60,679 bases of DNA, taken from positions 1 through 60,679 of IMG/VR virus record IMGVR_UViG_3300032214_001145, one strand, 5' to 3'. Positions within the stretch are counted from its first letter, which is position 1. Each line of letters opens with the position of its first letter. The position numbers and the translations under genes were made by a program. This DNA comes from a virus. Lineage: Duplodnaviria; Caudoviricetes. A model generated the notes under the pieces. It did no database searches and was not told the origin of the DNA. It saw only the letters and a list, made by a program, of their open reading frames with translations. This document shows, piece by piece, positions 56,870-60,679 of this stretch.

Positions 56870-58241
56870 ATATACTTACAATCAAGAAAAGATTGAACAA
56901 AGACATAACCTAAAATCTAATTGTGAGCTTAATTTATATAGTGATGGAGATTATTTACAATACACATCAAAATATGTTTTAGAGTACATTAGACTTGGTG
57001 ATAAGAATATATTAACATTCGAACATAACTTAACTTTAAATAAAGTTAAAGGTGAGTTTAGTGTTGGATATAGGATTTTAAATAGTAAGAAAAATAAGTA
57101 CTCTATATATAAAACAACTAATAGGGTTTCTAAAAATAATTTTGATCTATTATTAGAATTAACACAAAGAGGTTTCTACACTGGCGAAAAACGTTTTAGT
57201 TTCTGGGGAGTCAAATATAAAAGAGCGTGTGTAGATATATATAAAATTTTCTCGGATCAATTAAGTATGCCAATCATTGTGGAGAAAGATTCCTATCTGA
57301 ATCCATTATATGATATGTTTGTTGACTACATATTAAAAATCAAAAACATTAAAGCACACGATAGTGTTTATTGGGACATCAGATACATCTTCCCCAAAAA
57401 GAAATGGTTAAAATTAAATGAGAACAAATTTGTACCAGCCGTCTTGGATCAATATGGTATCAAAAGTCGATATCTTGTTGGGGCATTATCAACAAGATCA
57501 AAAGAGAATGAAAAGATTAATTTAAAATCGTTAAGATTTATTTGTTCTTTATTTGGTAGCAACTATATTGATTATATAAAAGATTTTGACTGGAAAACAA
57601 TTTCATCAGACGAGGTAAAGTATTCAACTCCATACACTTGTGAGAATGAGAGCGAAAAAAGAGCGTTAGTTAATTCATTAAAAACGTATTCTGAAGCAGA
57701 ACAAATAATTTTCAATGACAATATCTTAGTCATCATTCAAAAGCTTTTTATTTTAAAAAAGTTCTTAGCTGATAATGGTCTTAATTTAAAAATAAAAGCT
57801 AGGTCCGCAAATGAATTGAATTCATTATACGAGCAATGGGAACTACATAAAAAGCATATTAAGCTTGGATACAAAACAGCATACTATGTTCCGGAGGACA
57901 TGGCTATAGAAATTCAGGAACCAATTGAATACTCGGGATTAACATACAAGCCAATGATGATCTTAAGTGAAGATCAATTTAAAATAGAGGGGTTGTTAAT
58001 GAAGAACTGTATGGCTAAACAATTTCCAATGGGTTCTTTATATTACCACATATCTATTTCTTGTGGAAAAAAAAGAATCAATGTACAGTATAGAAAGGGG
58101 GTATTAAATCAAGCGAGAGGTAAAACCAATAAAGATATCTCAGCGGAGTTTGAGCCAGTAGTTGATATCTTATCAGAAAGAATGAAGAAATTTGCTCACA
58201 TCTCCCCAGTAAAAATAAAGTACGATTTCATAAATCGTTGA
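56859..58241 (+). CDS. PcfJ-like domain protein (diverged paralogue of the upstream gene)
   Basis: EGLLMKNCM..QARGKTN; PKKKWLKLNENKFV matches PTKPFLKKNDNKLI of the upstream gene. Confidence 0.65.
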   Translation: MELLYTYNQEKIEQRHNLKSNCELNLYSDGDYLQYTSKYVLEYIRLGDKNILTFEHNLTLNKVKGEFSVGYRILNSKKNKYSIYKTTNRVSKNNFDLLLELTQRGFYTGEKRFSFWGVKYKRACVDIYKIFSDQLSMPIIVEKDSYLNPLYDMFVDYILKIKNIKAHDSVYWDIRYIFPKKKWLKLNENKFVPAVLDQYGIKSRYLVGALSTRSKENEKINLKSLRFICSLFGSNYIDYIKDFDWKTISSDEVKYSTPYTCENESEKRALVNSLKTYSEAEQIIFNDNILVIIQKLFILKKFLADNGLNLKIKARSANELNSLYEQWELHKKHIKLGYKTAYYVPEDMAIEIQEPIEYSGLTYKPMMILSEDQFKIEGLLMKNCMAKQFPMGSLYYHISISCGKKRINVQYRKGVLNQARGKTNKDISAEFEPVVDILSERMKKFAHISPVKIKYDFINR

Positions 58242-58321
58242 TAATCAATTAAAAAAAATTTAAACTTTTTTTGTGATTTCAAGAAAGTTTTATAATTTTA
58301 TACCCAGAAAACAATAAAACT

Positions 58322-58441
58322 ATGGGAACATTACAACACTATCGAGAAAAGTACAAAGATTATCAAAGAGAAAATACCTTTAAAGGTTGGTTATTGCATA
58401 TCAAATTAGTTTTGGTATCATTATTAATCAATAAGGGGTGA
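58322..58441 (+). CDS. Small 39-aa protein not in the ORF track (MGTLQHYREKYKDYQRENTFKGWLLHIKLVLVSLLINKG)
   Basis: Translated by hand; A-rich leader. Confidence 0.5.
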   Translation: MGTLQHYREKYKDYQRENTFKGWLLHIKLVLVSLLINKG

Positions 58442-58477
58442 TTTTGTTTTTTAAAAAAAAACTTATATATTAGTTAT

Positions 58478-58642
58478 ATGCAAGAAAAAGAATCAAAAAC
58501 AAATACTCACTTTTGGATAAGTTTATTTAAAAGTGTTTTAAGAATTGGGGCTTGTTATTTTTTATTTAACGAACAATTTGGTAATGCTGCAATAACTTTT
58601 GGCCTGGCCGAAGTATTGGGGATCGCTGAAGAAGTTTTCTAA
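58478..58642 (+). CDS. Small 54-aa membrane protein not in the ORF track (..HFWISLFKSVLRIGA..LAEVLGIAEEVF)
   Basis: Translated by hand; preceded by TATATT at 58466-58471. Confidence 0.65.
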   Translation: MQEKESKTNTHFWISLFKSVLRIGACYFLFNEQFGNAAITFGLAEVLGIAEEVF

Positions 58643-58663
58643 ACCAATATAAAACCATGATTT

Positions 58664-58900
58664 ATGTCAAAAGAAAAATGCGTTGTATGTGGCGCTGAAA
58701 CACAATACGAATTTGATACACACATTGATTTTCGCACTGGTTACATTGAAGGCGTTGGCCAACATTGTTTAAAGTGTTTTAACGCGGGGGAAAAAAGAGA
58801 AATGATTACAATTCCAAAAAGTTTTATAAATAATTTTTCAAACGATATGGAATTAGGTAAAGAAGTTAGACTTTTTTATTATCAAAATTACAACGACTAA
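58664..58900 (+). CDS. Small Zn-finger-like hypothetical protein
   Basis: CVVC..YIEGVGQHCLKC. Confidence 0.6.
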   Translation: MSKEKCVVCGAETQYEFDTHIDFRTGYIEGVGQHCLKCFNAGEKREMITIPKSFINNFSNDMELGKEVRLFYYQNYND

Positions 58901-58945
58901 CAATGAATTTTTATTTAACGCGAGCCTTCGCACAAAAACTAAAAC

Positions 58946-59248
58946 ATGAACTTAAGAACAACCGAAACTAAACTTAGGGCGGGAATTACAATGTCCCTAT
59001 TAGGTTTAATAATGGTGACATTTGCTTATTTTGAAAAGGACAGAGTTCACATTGAGACTGCTAAAGAATTAATGTTGACACGGGATAGTTTATCCACTCA
59101 AAAAATACTATCAGATAGTTTGCATGATGAACTATTCATTCAAAAAGTAGATAATGGTAGACATGAGTTTACTAGAGATTTTTTCTTTGGTAAACATCCA
59201 AAACTACAATTAGAATATGAAAATTATTTAAATCACGAAACAGAGTAA
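58946..59248 (+). CDS. Hypothetical membrane-anchored protein
   Basis: N-terminal TM segment followed by a helical DSL-repeat region. Confidence 0.55.
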   Translation: MNLRTTETKLRAGITMSLLGLIMVTFAYFEKDRVHIETAKELMLTRDSLSTQKILSDSLHDELFIQKVDNGRHEFTRDFFFGKHPKLQLEYENYLNHETE

Positions 59249-59249
59249 A

Positions 59250-59573
59250 ATGAGTGAAAACATTAACGAATTTCATATTGGCAGCGGAGCATATATGAAT
59301 ATTCAAACGAGTGCATTAGTAAGATTAAACGAACAATTTGAAATTATTACAGAAGACGGCCCAGTAACATTAACTGTGGAAGTTAGTGCAGACTTTGCAA
59401 AAATTGATAAGAAATATCACGAAATATTTTTTAACGTGTTAACATCAAAATACTTAAATAAAGTTTCATTTGGTGAGAACCCATTTTCTGAATGTAGACC
59501 AATGGTAAAAAGAAAGTGGTGGCAGTTTTGGAAATCAAAATATGTTGAACAACTTAAAAATCAACAACTATGA
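59250..59573 (+). CDS. Hypothetical protein (KRKWWQFWK C-terminal motif)
   Basis: Coupled ORF. Confidence 0.55.
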   Translation: MSENINEFHIGSGAYMNIQTSALVRLNEQFEIITEDGPVTLTVEVSADFAKIDKKYHEIFFNVLTSKYLNKVSFGENPFSECRPMVKRKWWQFWKSKYVEQLKNQQL

Positions 59574-59713
59574 AAATTTTAGCATTGCTTATGATTGTCT
59601 TTGGCTTTTGGATTGCTTTTGAAATTTATCGAGCCCCTATGATGGATCAAACTGGGAGGATAACTAAGCCTGGTAAAAAACTAAAAGACCTATGGCAAAA
59701 GAAGAAAAAGTAA
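59570..59713 (+). CDS. Small 47-aa membrane protein not in the ORF track (MKILALLMIVFGFWIAFEIYRAP...)
   Basis: ATGA overlap with the upstream stop; TM helix. Confidence 0.6.
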   Translation: MKILALLMIVFGFWIAFEIYRAPMMDQTGRITKPGKKLKDLWQKKKK

Positions 59714-59964
59714 CAAAGGATAATATTGTTGAGCACATGATCAATAAACAACTTGAATATGTTGGAAAGACTATTGAAGATGTTAGAGAAGATCCTAATT
59801 GGTTCACCAATAACACCTTAACTAAAGAACAACATACCGAATGGAAGGAGTATTGTTTAAAATTGATGAAGAAGCATTTGGTTAGAAAACATCGTTTAGA
59901 CTATGAGTTTGGTATGTTTGATTTAATGTACGGGTTAAAAGTAATTGAAGAATCAAATGATTGA
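59692..59964 (+). CDS. Hypothetical protein
   Basis: Coupled ORF. Confidence 0.6.
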   Translation: MAKEEKVTKDNIVEHMINKQLEYVGKTIEDVREDPNWFTNNTLTKEQHTEWKEYCLKLMKKHLVRKHRLDYEFGMFDLMYGLKVIEESND

Positions 59965-60184
59965 TCTAATTGGGTACTTGGCTTCAGCAATAATACTAAT
60001 ATCCTTTGCGGTTAAAGATATAATCAAGTTGCGCATTATTAATTCAATTGGTTCTGTTGTCTGGATTGTATATGGGGGTTTAATCAATAATAACCCAACA
60101 ATATTTGTCAACATAGCTGTTTTAATGATTCATATCTGGTGGCTGATTAAGAACAAATTGAACAATAAGAATTATTTTAAATAA
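59957..60184 (+). CDS. YgjV-like small inner-membrane protein
   Basis: IGYLAS..LISF..KLRIINSIG..WIVYG..N; about 3 TM segments; ATG at 59957. Confidence 0.65.
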   Translation: MIDLIGYLASAIILISFAVKDIIKLRIINSIGSVVWIVYGGLINNNPTIFVNIAVLMIHIWWLIKNKLNNKNYFK

Positions 60185-60236
60185 CTCGGAAAAATACTAT
60201 TTTTCTTGATATATATGTATAGTAAAAAATATACTA

Positions 60237-60641
60237 ATGCAAGAAGAATTTGTTCCCTATCACCAGCACTTATTACTTAAATGTTGGGTAGCTAATCCAC
60301 CGAAAGAGGTGGATGTTTTAAATAAGTGGTTTGTTAACCTGGTAGAAACCGTTGGTATGAAAGTAGTTGCTGGCCCAACCAGTGTTTACGTTTCTGATCC
60401 GGGTAACGAGGGGTTAACTGGTACTGTTACATTAGCGACGTCACATGCGTCTATACACATCTGGGATCATTATGAATTACCAATGGTTCAATTTGATATC
60501 TATAGCTGTAAATGTTTCACGTTTGAACAAGTAATGGAATGTTTTATGCCATGGGGGGTGACAAGAGTTGAGTGGGTTATGATTGATAGAAACCAAAAAC
60601 CAACAATTGCATCTGAAGGTGTTTGGGTTCCAAAAGATTAA
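60237..60641 (+). CDS. speD: S-adenosylmethionine decarboxylase proenzyme
   Basis: HLL..G.TG..LATSHASIHIWD..QFDIYSCK.F pyruvoyl-enzyme pattern. Confidence 0.85.
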   Translation: MQEEFVPYHQHLLLKCWVANPPKEVDVLNKWFVNLVETVGMKVVAGPTSVYVSDPGNEGLTGTVTLATSHASIHIWDHYELPMVQFDIYSCKCFTFEQVMECFMPWGVTRVEWVMIDRNQKPTIASEGVWVPKD

Positions 60642-60642
60642 T

Positions 60643-60679
60643 ATGAAAAAAATACTAGGTATTTGTGGAGATAGTTTCA
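60643..60679 (+). CDS. 3'-truncated SGNH-like protein
   Basis: MKKILGICGDSF... (GDS block I) runs off the window edge. Confidence 0.5.
   Translation, partial: MKKILGICGDSF

Noticed and set aside
58237-58320. Intergenic TTGATAATCAA as a Fur box or att site, or the gap as a tRNA/ncRNA
   Set aside because: Only a partial match in very AT-rich sequence, with no cloverleaf or stable structure visible
1-60679. Stop-codon reassignment, as in some large phages
   Set aside because: Known enzymes are full length under code 11, and TAA, TAG and TGA all end genes right next to the following start

Overview
This strongly AT-rich, gene-dense window uses the standard bacterial code and looks like part of a very large tailed-phage genome. 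The host is probably a Bacteroidota bacterium: there are no clear Shine-Dalgarno sites, start contexts are A-rich, and some promoters carry TATATTTG. I saw no rRNA, tRNA, CRISPR array or transposase. Region 1-21.2 kb is a modification island with five radical SAM enzymes, many glycosyltransferase-like genes, LamG-like domains, an SGNH-like protein, a carbamoyltransferase and a 2OG-Fe(II) oxygenase. Region 21.2-30.5 kb holds an APS kinase, an HxGH nucleotidyltransferase and DUF2061, followed by ten unrelated tailoring proteins (2OG oxygenases, sulfotransferases, a radical SAM enzyme, SGNH-like proteins, a Cys-rich protein). All ten end in a similar C-terminal tag (KSLI/KTLI/KLI-like). They surround one gene that fuses a circularly permuted ATP-grasp-like domain, a Hint domain predicted to cleave only at its C-terminus, and a 25-aa Cys/Trp/Tyr-rich tail peptide. 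This is the best candidate for an undescribed phage-encoded RiPP-like or protein-modification system. Region 30.5-45.4 kb encodes a 1575-aa Ser/Thr-rich fibre-like protein with a cupredoxin-like motif, three tandem Kelch-like paralogues and a fibre-chaperone-like gene. These are followed by a radical SAM enzyme, a U32-family protein, a methyltransferase, an outer-membrane beta-barrel and a transporter. Region 45.4-51.4 kb is a minus-strand glycosyltransferase/epimerase operon. Region 51.5-60.7 kb has small phage ORFs, thyA, NlpC/P60, two PcfJ-like genes and SAM decarboxylase. All family calls come from reading motifs by eye, not from database searches.
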